Positions 50,165 through 63,996 of a stretch of 64,000 nt of DNA are shown piece by piece. Source of the stretch: Octopus sinensis (taxonomy: Eukaryota). The translations under genes were made by a program, and so were the position numbers. The stretch covers positions 40,362,001 to 40,426,000 of the forward strand of contig NC_042997.1 in NCBI RefSeq assembly GCF_006345805.1, given 5' to 3'. The first letter of the stretch is position 1. Each line of letters begins with the position of its first letter. The notes below the pieces were generated by a model, which did no database searches, had not been told where the DNA came from, and saw only the letters and a list, made by a program, of their open reading frames with translations.

Positions 50165-50556
50165 TCTTTATATATAAAAGTCAAGTTGTGTGTCTGTCTC
50201 CTACGATTTAGATTCCTAACTACTCCCACATTTTGCGGTGCAGTTTAACCAAAACCGGGTATCTTATCGTCGTGATTCATATTGAGCCCTTCTGGGTATT
50301 AGCGCGCGTCTACGATGAGTCTACGATTAAAAAAAAAAATTACCATAAATTTTTCCCATTTTAATGCTTTTTTGGCATATATAAGGGAAGTAACTCTAAA
50401 AATTTATTATTAAATTTCAGAACGTAAAAAGTTACAGTAACACCCCCCCCCTTTGTGGTTAGCCATTTTCGGATGGCTATTATACTTTACATCTCTAAAA
50501 ATGCTTATATAGTTATTTCCCTTACAAACCCGAGCAACTCCGGGCGATACTGCTAG
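50165..50556 (+). mobile_element. Complete non-autonomous Helitron
   Basis: A|TCtttatatataaaag 5' end; subterminal hairpin cccgagcaactccggg; CTAG|T 3' end; no TSD. Confidence 0.9.
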
Positions 50557-50738
50557 TAAGTATATAAGCAGAAAATTGTTCATATAGATATATGCATATG
50601 TATAACCACAAGCACGTTTAAAGTGTATATGCAAAGAATTTACACTCACATATATTACCAAAGTATGTACATACACATACATTAGTACAGACAGCAACAG
50701 ATAAATATGTGCCCGCAATAATTGGATAGTGAAAGCAA

Positions 50739-51342
<604 letters not shown>

Positions 51343-51466
51343 CACATGTATATTCATACAGATACATACGCAACTCACCGAAACTGAAATACATGTATAT
51401 GCATATTTTGGCATACAACCGCACACTGACAGTGGCATTTACATACATTCAGTCAACCCCCACCGC

Positions 51467-51522
<56 letters not shown>

Positions 51523-51963
51523 AAATAATGCTTCATGTGCTCAGCAAATGTGTTCCTATTTCTAGACAAAAGAAGGTGAAAAAAACAAGAAGGTAAGAAA
51601 AGAATGAAAACGTATAAAATAAACCATTGGGACGAAGTTTCCGTTTTAGGAAATTAACGAGAAATTCGTTTAGATTCTATCTGTATTACTTGACAGTATG
51701 GAAATTTCTGCAATTAGATGTTACCTTGTATTGATATATCTCAACAACTGATTCTTTGTCACTAGAATTCTTTTATACTAATACACCAGATGCAAGAGAA
51801 ACACGTAGCACAACAGATAAGCTCCCTAGTAAATCCGATTTAAATCTCTTACTTTACTGCAAACCTCTCAGTAAGACATATATATGACATAATTTAATAA
51901 TACTACCTTATAAATTTATGGTCTTATATCTAGTTAAGAAAGCAATATGTTTCTTCTCTAGCT

Positions 51964-52125
51964 GGCGCAGGTTTGACTGTGTGGTAAGAAGTTTGCTTCC
52001 CAACCATGTGATTTCGGGTTCAGTCCCACTGCGTGGTGCATTGGACAAGTATTTTCTACAATACAACCGGTTAACCAGAGTCTTATGAGTGGATTTGGTA
52101 GACGAAAACAGAAATAAGGCAGTCA
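51964..52125 (+). mobile_element. SINE 5' half (CORE-like family)
   Basis: ggcgcaggtttgactgtgtggtaagaagtttgcttcccaaccatg...gggttcagtcccactgcgtgg...gagtggatttggtagacgaaaac. Confidence 0.85.
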
Positions 52126-54029
52126 TCTATCTATCTATCTATCTATCTATCTACCATAGATAACGAAAAAGATGTCATCTAATGGAATAAACGTGTTCTT
52201 TCACTTTCTTTCATTTGGTCAATATCCATCCATCAATCTGTCTGTCTGTCTGCCTGTCTGTCTGTCTGTCTGTCTGTCTGCCAATCTATCTATCTATATA
52301 GATAGTTAGATAGATATTTTTTTATATTAAGGGCATTACTATACATAAATGCCTCACGCTAAGAGGGACTCTTGAAGTCAAAACTACCATAATAATTAAA
52401 CACATTGTACCGAACGCGAGGGAATGCAACACCCGAAGCTAGCTTTTTAAAACCAGATTCAGCTGCAGATCATATGATTTCATAATTAGTGCACAAAATG
52501 CACTTTTTAATCGTCAGTGCAAGCATATTCATGACACATAAAAATGTGGGAGTCAGATGTTCTTAGAAGCATTAGTACACATGATGCATTCGAATGCAGG
52601 TCGGTGAAGATAGTCATATGAATATTTTAGAATAGGCTTTCCATGCTTTATGGCAAAGTATTTTTAAAAATCTTGCTGTAACATACAATAACACTTAATC
52701 AATATTCTAATTGACTTCTATTTAAAACTGAAATGTGATTTTGTCGGACTACTAACGATCAATGAAGAGACTAAAAAAAATCTCATGAATGCCTTTTAAA
52801 ATTGTAAATTATTTTATCCCCATTGAAATTGTTTAGCTCTGTAAAACGCTTAAGTTAGCGTAATTTATTTGCCTGGGGTTATAAAATGCTGAAGATTTCA
52901 AAAAAGAATGAAATACTACCATAGTTGGCTACCAACGAATAGAAATTTAAGGAACTTTATAATGTGTACGAAAAATAAATACAAAAAGCGTATTCTCCGT
53001 ACATCTTTACTTTTTGATTAAAAACTCAAACTTCCAACCCCGTCTTAATTTAACCGAGAAACAATTATCTCCACTATGATTAGCTGACTACCAGGTGCAC
53101 AAAACGGGCAATACCACCGCTTTCATGAAAAACCTTCAAATACAGACAGTACCGAACGTACTCATAAAAGGAAAACAACATATGATCGGGAATGCATTCA
53201 GGAATAATAGGGATACAATATAGCAGTAGAGCACATAGTGTTTCCCCCCCCCGTCTCTCTCTCTGACTCTCTCTCTCTCATATACGCACATAGACACTCA
53301 AAAGCAAAGAAACAAAAAAGTCTGTTGACTTCACATTCACGTTGGCATTTACTTCTGACCCGAGAATAGAACTGAGAAAATGAAAGGAGTGGGGAAATTA
53401 TGTCGAATGGGACGAAGTGTACGAATGAATTTAGTATCAAAATCGACTTTTGTTGAACTGGTACCCATAAAAGATGAAAGCAAGGCTAGAAGTGGATAGT
53501 GTTAGCAAGAATATTTATAACAAAGGAAAACAAAATGGGAGAGGGAGAGGGTTATAGCTTGAGGAGAAAAAAATTTAAAGAACCGAATTAGTAGGCTATA
53601 AATAACGAAAGATACAAAGAATGAAGGTTGGAAATATTGGGAATAATGGCGCAGCGTATTAAGATATCACACGAAACATATTGCGTATTACTCTAAAATA
53701 TACGTTTTATACATATGCATGAATTACGACTTGAGTTTTATCAAAATTTATTCAAATTTCTATCATCTTTACAGGAGATATGAGTTTGAATCCCACTGGC
53801 GACCTTTTGACTTTTTCTATCCAGAGGGATTTACACGCTTTTATTTGTATCTCATCTACTTCGAGATCCAACGTTCCAAAACAGTATTATTACATTTTAA
53901 ACTGAAGTTTATACATTCTTATGGTGTCAACAACATACAAATCTTTGCTGGTAAAGTTTCTAAAATAGATAGAAAAAAATTTGAGGATTGCTTTGCTCCA
54001 GTAGTACAACGACTGTGAAGATTACAGAT

Positions 54030-54432
54030 GTAAGTCCAAGTCCCGCGTGAAGCTGGGGTGGTGATGATCCCTGCTGTACTCTTTCACCACAACTTTCTCT
54101 TACTCTTTCATCCTGTTTCTGTTGTACCTGTATTTCAAAGGGCCAGCCTTGTCACACTTTGTGTCATGCTTATTCTCCCCTGAGAACTACGTTATGGGTA
54201 CACGTGTCTGTAGAGTGCTCAGCCACTTGCACGTTAATAAATGAGCTGTGATGTCACTGGTGCCAAGCTGTATTAGCCTTTGCCTTTCCTTTGGATAATA
54301 TTGGTGGCGTGGAGAAGAGAGGCCAGTATGCATGGGCAACTGCTGATCTTCCATAAACAACCTTGCCCAGATTTGTGCCTCGGAGGGTTACTTTCTAGGT
54401 GCAATCACATGGTCATTCATGACCGAAGGGGG

Positions 54433-54436
<4 letters not shown>
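54030..54436 (+). mobile_element. Chimeric SINE: Nin/Deu-like domain joined to the tail of the 8.2 kb family
   Basis: agggccagccttgtcacac...gtgtctgtagagtgctcagccacttgcacgttaat, then atgagctgtgatgtcactggtgccaagctgta...ggtcattcatgaccgaagggg. Confidence 0.8.
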
Positions 54437-54473
<37 letters not shown>

Positions 54474-54475
<2 letters not shown>

Positions 54476-54659
54476 CGGGAAGGTTTACGAAAATAAACAA
54501 AAGACGAAGGCAGGTGGAGTACAGACAGACAATTGTATTAGTATGGCGCTCAGGAATAGAAATAAAACAAGTCTTTTACGTTTCGAGCCTACGCTTTTCA
54601 ACAGAAAGATACACAGAAAAGAAACAAGGAGAGAAAAATGCGTGCAGGAGCTAACGATT

Positions 54660-54663
<4 letters not shown>
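54474..54663 (-). mobile_element. Short PLE-terminus-like repeat between (TA)n arrays
   Basis: Homolog of 5119-5310; flanked by (TA)n at 54437-54473 and 54664-54737. Confidence 0.75.
54571..54610 (-). ncRNA. Minimal type I hammerhead-like motif, A6U core
   Basis: Minus strand: tcttt CTGTTGA A AAGC gtag GCTC GAAAC GTA^aaaga. Confidence 0.55.
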
Positions 54664-54742
<79 letters not shown>

Positions 54743-54899
54743 GATATATGTGTGTATATGCTTACGTGTGTACTCACATACACACATGAAAGTGGCGTTA
54801 GGCTTAGTTCGGCTTCGCACGCTTTCCCACGAGTCGTAGAAGACAATGAAAATATTGTTACAACTGATGAAAATCATTTAAAGCCAGACTTAAAATTGT

Positions 54900-55900
54900 T
54901 AAACATTGAACTTCTATTTGCGTCACTAGCTTATTTCACGTATGCTGCATCTGGGTATTGATTTTGGTTTCCTGTTTTGTAAGCAATAAAACTCCTATGG
55001 TTAATATTCTAGATTTTGTTTAATGGTATACCCCATGGAATGGCAGTGTTATCAACTAATATTTTCCTATCTAGTTTTGTGTCGTATTTTGTTTCATGCG
55101 TTATAATGACTCTTTTTATTCTTTCAAAAATTAAATGCTCGGTCAACTGATGAGAAAATGTCGTTTTTATGTTTCCGATATAACCGTCTGAGTATTGAAG
55201 CTTAAAACTTGCATGTCTATACTGAGACTTGCATATCACATTGGTTGTTTGAAATATGTTTTGTTCCTCGAAGGTTTGTAGTTTGATGTTAATAAGTTAG
55301 ATTTAAAAAAGAAAATAATTCGTGTGAGTATTCTTACTATATTCTAAATTCATTGTTGTTAGTTGTGACAGACGTCGTATGCTGTTCCGTTTATGCTTTT
55401 TAATTACTTATTTACCATTCAGCTAAGGTTTCTTAAGTTCTTGGAACATACTTCATGTGTGTAAATTATGTGTGTAGATTGTGAGCTTTTACTGAATGAT
55501 GCATCTGCCTCACCTTAGTGGGAGCAATTGCTCTTGTATTATTCTACAGCTGGGCTACCAACATGTTCAACTGTCTGACGTTAACTGATGGATGTTAAAC
55601 TCCTACGATTTCTTCATTAAATCTTTTTTACATCTATGTATATATACTACTTTTGAATATTTTCGTGGTTGGATGGCCGAAGAAGGTGGTCTAGATTTAT
55701 GAAAGTGTACTGTTATTCTCGCATGCAATTATTGTTTGTTTGATCCAATAAATATGTCAGCTAATTAGGAATTTAATTTGCAAATATCATTCGTTACTAA
55801 TCATAGTGGTCGACAGTTGTCTGGTGACACACTCTTTTCCGATGGGACAAAGGCCAAAGTCTTCACGCTTCGTGATTTTATTCTCTCAAGAGGTAAAGGG
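54900..55900 (-). mobile_element. Decayed Penelope-like element: RT remnant plus GIY-YIG endonuclease
   Basis: TNVICKSQYRHASFKLQYSDGYIGNIKTTFSHQLTEHL...KLDRKILVDNT (ORF 55009-55239), then IGVLLLTKQETKINTQ (ExxxI..P.IN.Q). Upstream LADIFIG and KIFKSSIYIDV are RT-like. Confidence 0.65.
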
Positions 55901-56097
55901 TTTGAATCAAACAATTACGCTATGTCTCAGCGTGAAGATACATAACTAGTGTGAAACCAAATAGTACGCAAGTAATTTTGATTCAACGACCCGCTTCTGC
56001 AATTACTTACCGATAGATACATACGTACACACACGTATTTATACATACATAGACAGATTTGTTGGATAGAAATATGTCTGAATATGTATGTATGTAC

Positions 56098-56144
<47 letters not shown>

Positions 56145-56316
56145 ATTATATATATATATATAATTGGGTAGATGAATGAATTATCTTATTATGGATAATT
56201 CGGTTAACCGATACCTGGGTAGCAAATTCACGTCAGAAAAACACGGTTGAAGCTACATGCCTAGGGCAGAGATCACGTGCTATCATGTGGGAATTTGTGT
56301 GTTTTTTTAAATACAA

Positions 56317-56579
56317 ATAAATGAAAGAATGGAGTTGAACGACGAATTAACAAAATTCCTTTATTTTCGACATATGTTTCGCTATGGGCTCCGTGTGGGC
56401 AGTCATCTAAAGGTTTTTGTGCATCTTGATGCTGACATAAGTTCCTTGTTTTTCCTGATGAGAAGGCGGCATAATGCACCCCTTATTCCTTCGAAATTAG
56501 GAATATGCAGCCTTCGAAACATATGTCGAAAATAAAGGAATTTTGTTAATTCGTCGTTCAACTCCATTCTTTCATTTAT
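56317..56579. mobile_element. PLE-type inverted terminal structure, perfect 65-bp arms
   Basis: 56317-56381 is the reverse complement of 56515-56579; the right arm abuts (TA)n. Confidence 0.9.
56442..56540 (+). ncRNA. Type I hammerhead ribozyme, fully canonical
   Basis: ttttc CTGATGA(56455-61) GAAGGC g GCATA...TATGC a GCCTTC GAAA(56516-19) CATATG TC^gaaaa. Stem I extension ttcctt/aaggaa. Confidence 0.9.
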
Positions 56580-56589
56580 ATATATATAC

Positions 56590-56765
56590 ACCGTTGGCGA
56601 TTTGTTTTCCTCTGTCTTCCCTTCTACAATGTTTCCGACGAAGAGCTCCGCTCGAAACGTTAAACCCTCCTTCTTTCCTTCTTTCTTGAGCGTCCAATAA
56701 TACTATATTTGTTCCACGTCCTCGCGTTGTTGTGTTTCTTTGTGCTTTCTTGTTTGGATTAACTA
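56590..56765 (+). mobile_element. Short PLE-terminus-like repeat between (TA)n arrays
   Basis: Contains the hammerhead at 56631-65; tail tgagcgtccaataatac resembles the reverse complement of gtattagtatggcgctca in the 5.1/54.5 kb family. Confidence 0.7.
56631..56665 (+). ncRNA. Minimal type I hammerhead-like motif, U4C core
   Basis: gttt CCGACGA A GAGC tcc GCTC GAAAC GTT^aaac. Confidence 0.65.
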
Positions 56766-56785
56766 AATATATATATATATATATA

Positions 56786-56842
<57 letters not shown>

Positions 56843-57285
56843 GCACGCACATTGTGAGAGGCTATTGTCAATAATTAACAGAAGGAACAACAATGAGGCG
56901 TGGGAAAATCATCGTCAGCCATCGTCACCTATACGATAACGACATATATAAAACGGTTTTGGGCTTTTTGCCACTGCAAAACGTCAGCTTGAGTGAACTC
57001 AATCGGTAATATTATGTTCCATAACGCCAGTGATGACTTACTACTTTTCGTTTCCAGCCAAGTTGATGCAAAATATATGCCATACAAAGTACAAGAAGGC
57101 GGTGCTCCAAGCACTGAAATTCTGAATAAAATATGCGCAAAAAACCTCCGAAAAAACCTGCATACTATGCGAAGAACATAACGCTGATAAATCTCTGTTT
57201 GCAGTACCTAAAACTTTAATCTATATCACAAACTAAAAATGAAAGTTCAGTACATGCTCAAGATCACACACACACACACACACAC

Positions 57286-57326
<41 letters not shown>

Positions 57327-57778
57327 TTATTCAAAGAAATTCCAACTCTTTTTTATGTTTTATTTATATTCTTTATAATATTAATGTAGAATATAGAATA
57401 TATAGTATAAATAGTATATATAGTAAAATGAAATGAAGTATTGATTGACTTATTGAATAGATGAAATATTGAATATCAAATATTAAGGGACTAGTATACT
57501 TTCTTACATTAAAGCGCGCGTGTGTTTGTGTGTGTATCCAGTGTCGTCATTTATCCAACAAAATTTATCAACATTTTATGTCATTCATTTCCCGAGCACT
57601 TCTTTGAGTGCAAGCATAGCTCATCATTCAACCATTCTTGTGAAGTTACCATAGCTTCCTGAATCCAAAGCAGGACAATCCTAAAAAGTGCATCAACTAT
57701 GTTATGACTCTTCAAGCAACTGCTATTGATCCTATCATTCCGTCGTACATGCAATATTTTATACGTTTCCATGCATCT

Positions 57779-58228
57779 CAGTGATTCTTAACCTGGAGAG
57801 TAGCATCCCCTTATAAGGATATTGAGAGCTCACTCAAAAGCAGCATATATCAAGGACAGGTATTTAAAAGTGCTGTGATCCTTCTTAGAAATAAAATATT
57901 TAATGGTGCAATACTCATATTTTAATAACATTTCGAAATATATATATAAAAAGAAGAAATAAATCTTTGTCGAGATAAGAGTACAAATAAGATATTATGT
58001 TACCAATGAAAAGAAGTGTCTTTAGTCTACGGAAATATCTAAAAGCGGATACAAGCAGGCATTTGTTTGCTCTATAATAAAATACGAATCATAAACAACA
58101 ATATAAATTTAGCTATTGTGTCATTCATAATACTGTTTAAATGATTTTTTATTTTTATTTTGCAAAGCATGAGAAGGGAAATTCGTATACAATGAAAGAG
58201 ACGAATGAAGTACAGATTGGGACCACCA
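57779..58228 (+). mobile_element. Possible hAT/Charlie-type MITE
   Basis: Left cagtgattcttaacctgg; degenerate right agattgggaccacc. A similar left end cagtggttctcatccgg occurs at 50036. Confidence 0.35.
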
Positions 58229-58301
58229 ATCTACATTGACAGGCTATTCAGATATTGATTTTATCTTCTGTTTTTTTTTCTTTTTTTAAAATTATTTTTA
58301 A

Positions 58302-58699
58302 CTAGTAGTATCGCCCGGCGTTGCTCTGCTTTGTAAGGGAAATAACTATATAAGCATTTTTAGAGAGTTATAGCCAAAAAATAGCAAAAAAAAATGCATT
58401 AAAAATGGAAAAAAATGATGGTAAATTCTTTTTTTAAATCGTTGACTCATCGTAACATTTTTAGAGAGTTACTTCCCTTATATAATAGCGAAAAATGCAT
58501 TAAAATGGAAAATAATGATGGTAAATTACTTTTAAAATCGTAGACTCATCGTAGACGCGCGCTAATACCCAGAAGGGCTCGATATGAATCACGACTATAA
58601 GATACCCGGTTTTGGTTAAACTGCACCGCAAAATGTGGGAGTAGTTAGGAATCTAAATCATAGGAGACAGACACACAACTTGACTTTTATATATAAAGA
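58302..58699 (-). mobile_element. Complete non-autonomous Helitron (same family as 50165-50556)
   Basis: On the minus strand A|TC...CTAG|T; first about 170 nt nearly identical to the 50 kb copy; internal duplication of the ttttagagagtta...aaatgcattaaaa...gatggtaaatt block. Confidence 0.9.
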
Positions 58700-59211
58700 T
58701 AATAGATATGGCACAACATTGATGAAAGAAAACTATGATCCTACTATTGGATACGCAGCACCGATAGATACAGTCAATTGCAGCTGTCATACACATATAG
58801 TAGTATATTGTATGTATGTATGTATGTTTGAGTGTATATACACATACCTGTACATAAAAGAAAACATTTACAGTTCACTTACACATCTTACACATCTTTT
58901 AAATAAGTAGTTAAGTAGTTAAGCGTCTTACATATACGCAACGGGCCAAGAGTACCGTCTCTCACAGACACACACGCAACCAAATGCACTCGTAAGCAAA
59001 CAAACACGCCCATACAACATCCACGGCGTATGCACACACGAAACCCAGTTATGGTTCACTGTATTGATCTATGCACTCTAAAGTCGATGTCTAGCTGTCT
59101 TTTCGTACGCCTTCGTTTGCGCAAAACAACCGACTTGTACTCATCCAGCGTAAAAGGTTATTCAGGTATTTCTTGTATTTAGGATTTTACGTAGCACTGT
59201 AAAAATACTGA

Positions 59212-59214
<3 letters not shown>

Positions 59215-59300
<86 letters not shown>

Positions 59301-59410
59301 GTATATATATATATGTATATATATATATGTATATATATACATATATAATATATATATATATGTATATATATATATGTATATATATATGTATATATATATA
59401 TATAGATATA

Positions 59411-59442
<32 letters not shown>

Positions 59443-59816
59443 TATAATATATATATAATATATATATATAAAGAGAGAAGAAAAACAAGGAAGAAAGAAA
59501 GAAGAAAGGAAAAACAAAAATCGAATACTTTCGACAGACTAAGTACGTATGGACTAAACAGAACGTGCCGAAAAGAACGTGCTGCGATATTTCATACATA
59601 CATACATACATACATACATACATACATACATACATACATACATGCATGCATACATACATACATACATACATACATACATACATACATACATACATACATG
59701 CATGCATGCATGCATGCATGCATGCATTCATACATACATACATACATACATGCATACGATGCTTACATACATACATGTATGTGTGTGTGTGAATATATAT
59801 ACATACGTATATAAAC

Positions 59817-59847
<31 letters not shown>

Positions 59848-59926
59848 CATATAAATATATGGATATATATACATACACACATACATATACAAACTAATAT
59901 ATATATAACATACATATATATATGTG

Positions 59927-59957
<31 letters not shown>

Positions 59958-60109
59958 ATATGCATTAAATACGGATACCGATATACACACATATCTATAC
60001 ATGCATATATACGTACACACACACACATATATATGCATGTGTGTGTGTGTGTTTGTAAATGTATCTATATTTAATTCATACATACACGTATACATACATA
60101 CAAACATAT

Positions 60110-60146
<37 letters not shown>

Positions 60147-60190
60147 TTGTATGTATGTATGCATAAATGCATGCATGCATGTATGTATGC
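59215..60190. repeat. Large (TA)/(CATA)/(CATG)/(TG) microsatellite field
   Basis: Direct reading. Confidence 0.95.
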
Positions 60191-60389
60191 AATTTCATGT
60201 TATGTTTGCATTGGGATTAATCTCCGCGTAAATATCTGTTTATCCGTACACGTGCCAGTGAAATAAATCTCCCAAGAATTCTATGAGCAAGGAGAATGTT
60301 TAAAATGTTTTATTTTTTGTTTAAATCTAAAGGAATTTTTGATGATGTACTTCCCCACTGCAACGCCCCATCTTCTGCCGTCTCCTCTT

Positions 60390-60780
60390 ATTACCATTAC
60401 TATCATCATCATCATCATCATCATCAAAACCACAGCCGCCCATCATCAACATCATCATTGCCATCATCATCATCATCATCATCAGTAGTATCAGCAGCTG
60501 CAGTGGCAGTACAGCAACAGCAAACATCGTCCCCGTTATCATCATGACCACCACCGCCACCATGACCATCACCATCCACTATTTACAACACCTAACCGAA
60601 ATGAAGACGACGATACCCGCCGCTCCTAATCTACCCACCCACCCATCACCATTATCAGTATCACCTCTCCCCCCCCCGCCGCACACACATTGCCTCTACC
60701 ATCAATCCTACCGTCAATTACACCATCACTGCCACCGCTACCACCACCACCACCACAGCCTCCACCGCCACCCCTCTTTC
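60390..60780. repeat. (CAT)/(CAC) trinucleotide low-complexity region
   Basis: Direct reading. Confidence 0.85.
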
Positions 60781-61282
60781 ATCTTAACCCCCTACCTTGA
60801 CTATTTCGATACCCAACTTTTAGCACTTCCTATATATCCACCCTCATCATAATAATAGCCGCTGTTGTTACACTGTTCTCATTCGTCGTTACTCTCTGCT
60901 TATATAATCAATAAATTATTTATGCTCCTGCTGCTGGGACCCAGGTTAATCCTAATCGAACGGACCTTTTCATTTCCTTACGTATAATGTACCAAGGATC
61001 ACATTATCCGACGTGTCCTGACAGTATGATGTGATTCGATCAAACATTTGACTGCTACTTCTAGCCGGCCGATCGACCAACCGGATGCGCCCCAAAGCAA
61101 AAAACTACACAGTTTGAAGAAATCGCAATATTGGGCCACTTCGTTGCTTTTCTTTTTCATCATCGTATGTTTATTTTATTGTATTTTGAAAGATTTTTAA
61201 TGATTTTTGTTTCTTGTTACGATTTGTCTGTTTATTTATTTTGTTGGGTTTTTTTTTTGTAGGTATAATTAATGTATACATT

Positions 61283-61447
61283 CCGGCTCTTACCGTTTTG
61301 AGTTCAAACGACACCAAAGTCGACCCTGTGTCTTTCATGTTTTCGGGGGGTTCGACGAAATAAGTAGGAGTTCGGGGGTACCATTCGATGTTATCGACTA
61401 ACTCCTTCCCACAAATATTTCCACCCTTGTATTTATTGTAAAAATCA
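61283..61447 (+). mobile_element. Degenerate Meta-domain-like SINE
   Basis: cgttttgagttcaaac...aagtcgacc...ctttcatgttttcggggg...tcgatgttatcgactaa. Confidence 0.65.
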
Positions 61448-61944
61448 TTTTTAATGTTTACGATTCGTTGCTATATAACTACCGGTGCTGTTTAAGTCAC
61501 CAGTTCAGCCCCGGTCGAGTAGACATATAATCAAAGACAACATTCTAGCCGTGACCATTCCATCTTTTATTTATTCGTATATTTAAAACTACAACATCCA
61601 GTATGTATTTTTCTTCTTTTTAAATCAACGATAAAGGGAATAACGAATTAAAGGAATTTAGCTACTATTACTAATAAATCGTGCGAAATGTCGCCATAGT
61701 CGCCGTTGTTATATGTCATCGTCACTGTTATTGTTAGCGTCGTTGCTGTTATTATTGCAATCAGTGACAGTGTGAACAGAAGCTATGTTTCACCTACTGT
61801 AACAATAGAGGTTTATTTACTGTTATACAAGTAGCCGGCTTTTGCATGGTTGGCTGGCTGGTCGGCTGGCACTGGATATTTGAGGAACTTTCTTCTGTTT
61901 CTCAGTCGTTTCTTTTATTTTGTCTGTCACTTTTTGTGTCCCTG

Positions 61945-61994
<50 letters not shown>

Positions 61995-62535
61995 TCTCTC
62001 TCTCTGTTTCAGCTTTTCTCTCTCTCTCTCTCACACTGTCTCTCTCTCTTTCACTTGTTCTTATTTTCTTTATTCGTCATCTTCTCGCTTATTTTCTGTT
62101 TTGCTTTCTCATCTGTTTTGAAAAAGTTGTTCAATATTCTCGTAAATAGAACGCAGATACACATACATACATACATACATACAGACATACATACCTAAAT
62201 ACATACATACATACATATATACATAGAAACATACACACATATAATACATACATACATAAATACCTACATAAATACATACATACGTACATACATACATACA
62301 TACACACATATATACATACAAACATACATAGATACATACATACATACACACACACATTCATGCATACATATATACAGAGAAATATATATATATAAACAAA
62401 CGTACATGCGTGTATACAAACACAAATATACATATGCGTACATAAGTACAAACGTACATGAATACGCAAATGCATGCATTCATGCGTATATAATAAAAAG
62501 ATAAACATTTACACACACACACACACACACACACA

Positions 62536-62575
<40 letters not shown>

Positions 62576-62870
62576 CAGACGCACATATATATATACCCAG
62601 ACACACACACATACACACACACACACATATATGTATATATATATATATATATACACAGACGCATATATGTACTTACATATAGACACAAAATACGCAGTCA
62701 CATATAAACACATACGTAAGTACGCGCGGAACACGGAGGCACACGTCGATATGCATACGCGTGCATACACATTCACACGCATACAAAGCACGTGCAACAA
62801 CCCCCACCTCACCACCATTCCCACACGCACGCACACATGCACGCACGCACACGCACGCACACATGCACGC
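61945..62870. repeat. (CT)n and (CATA)/(CA)/(TA) microsatellite field
   Basis: Direct reading. Confidence 0.9.
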
Positions 62871-63320
62871 CTATGCATGTGCTCGAATGTTGCCGCACGT
62901 AACTCTACGCTTAATATTTGTAAACTACATTAGTTCCGGATCTCGCTGTGGAGACGGGCATATGTTGCGTTGGTAGTGTTGGCGGTGGTAGTGCTGGTGG
63001 TGGATTTAACTTTGCTGTTGTTACCTTTGTTGTTGTTCACCTTGTTGTTGTTGTTGTCGTTGTTGTTACTCTGTGGTGTTTGCGTCGGTATAGGTGTCGC
63101 CGCCGGCTGAAGGTGTGTGTGTTTGTTGTGTGTGTGTGTGTGTTTGTTGGTGTGATTAATCGTGGAATCCTACCGCCAGTTCCAACACAACAACTAAGCT
63201 CTCTGCATAGGAAGGACTACACACACTGGTGATGGGAAAAGAACGAACGCGAGAAACAATTATATGAAGCCATAGAAATAAGCAAAACAAACAAACAAAC
63301 ACGCAAACACGTACGCTCGT

Positions 63321-63395
<75 letters not shown>

Positions 63396-63528
63396 GACAC
63401 ACACACAACTATTCAGAGCATAGAAAAACTTCCATAGAAAGATCGGGATGGCGAGTAAACCAGTAAAATCATTATCCAGAAGGTAAGCAAACTAAATGTA
63501 TTTCATTATATCGCTATTTACTTCTGGG

Positions 63529-63530
<2 letters not shown>

Positions 63531-63610
<80 letters not shown>

Positions 63611-63645
63611 TAATAATGATAATAATAATAATAATAATAATAATG

Positions 63646-63688
<43 letters not shown>

Positions 63689-63735
63689 TAATAATAATAA
63701 TAATAATAATGACAATAATAATAATAATAATGATG

Positions 63736-63772
<37 letters not shown>

Positions 63773-63961
63773 TAATAATAATAATAATAATAATGATAAT
63801 AATAATAATAATAATAATAATGACAATAATAATAATGATAATAATAATAATGATAATAATAATAATAATAATAATAATGATAATAATGACAATAATAATA
63901 ATGATAATAATAATGATAATAATTATAATTATATAATATCAACAACAACAACAACAACAAC

Positions 63962-63996
<35 letters not shown>

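Noticed and set aside
54843-54880. gaaaatattgttacaaCTGATGA as a type II hammerhead
   Set aside because: Position 17 would be G, stem I is too short and there is no stem II.
57581-57772. Possible hAT dimerisation-domain remnant (NIVDALFRI)
   Set aside because: Similarity too weak to call by eye.
60296-60852. His/Ser/Gln/Pro-rich ORFs resembling transcription-factor low-complexity regions
   Set aside because: Explained by (CAT)/(CAC)/(CAG) repeats; no adjoining folded domain or clear exon boundaries.
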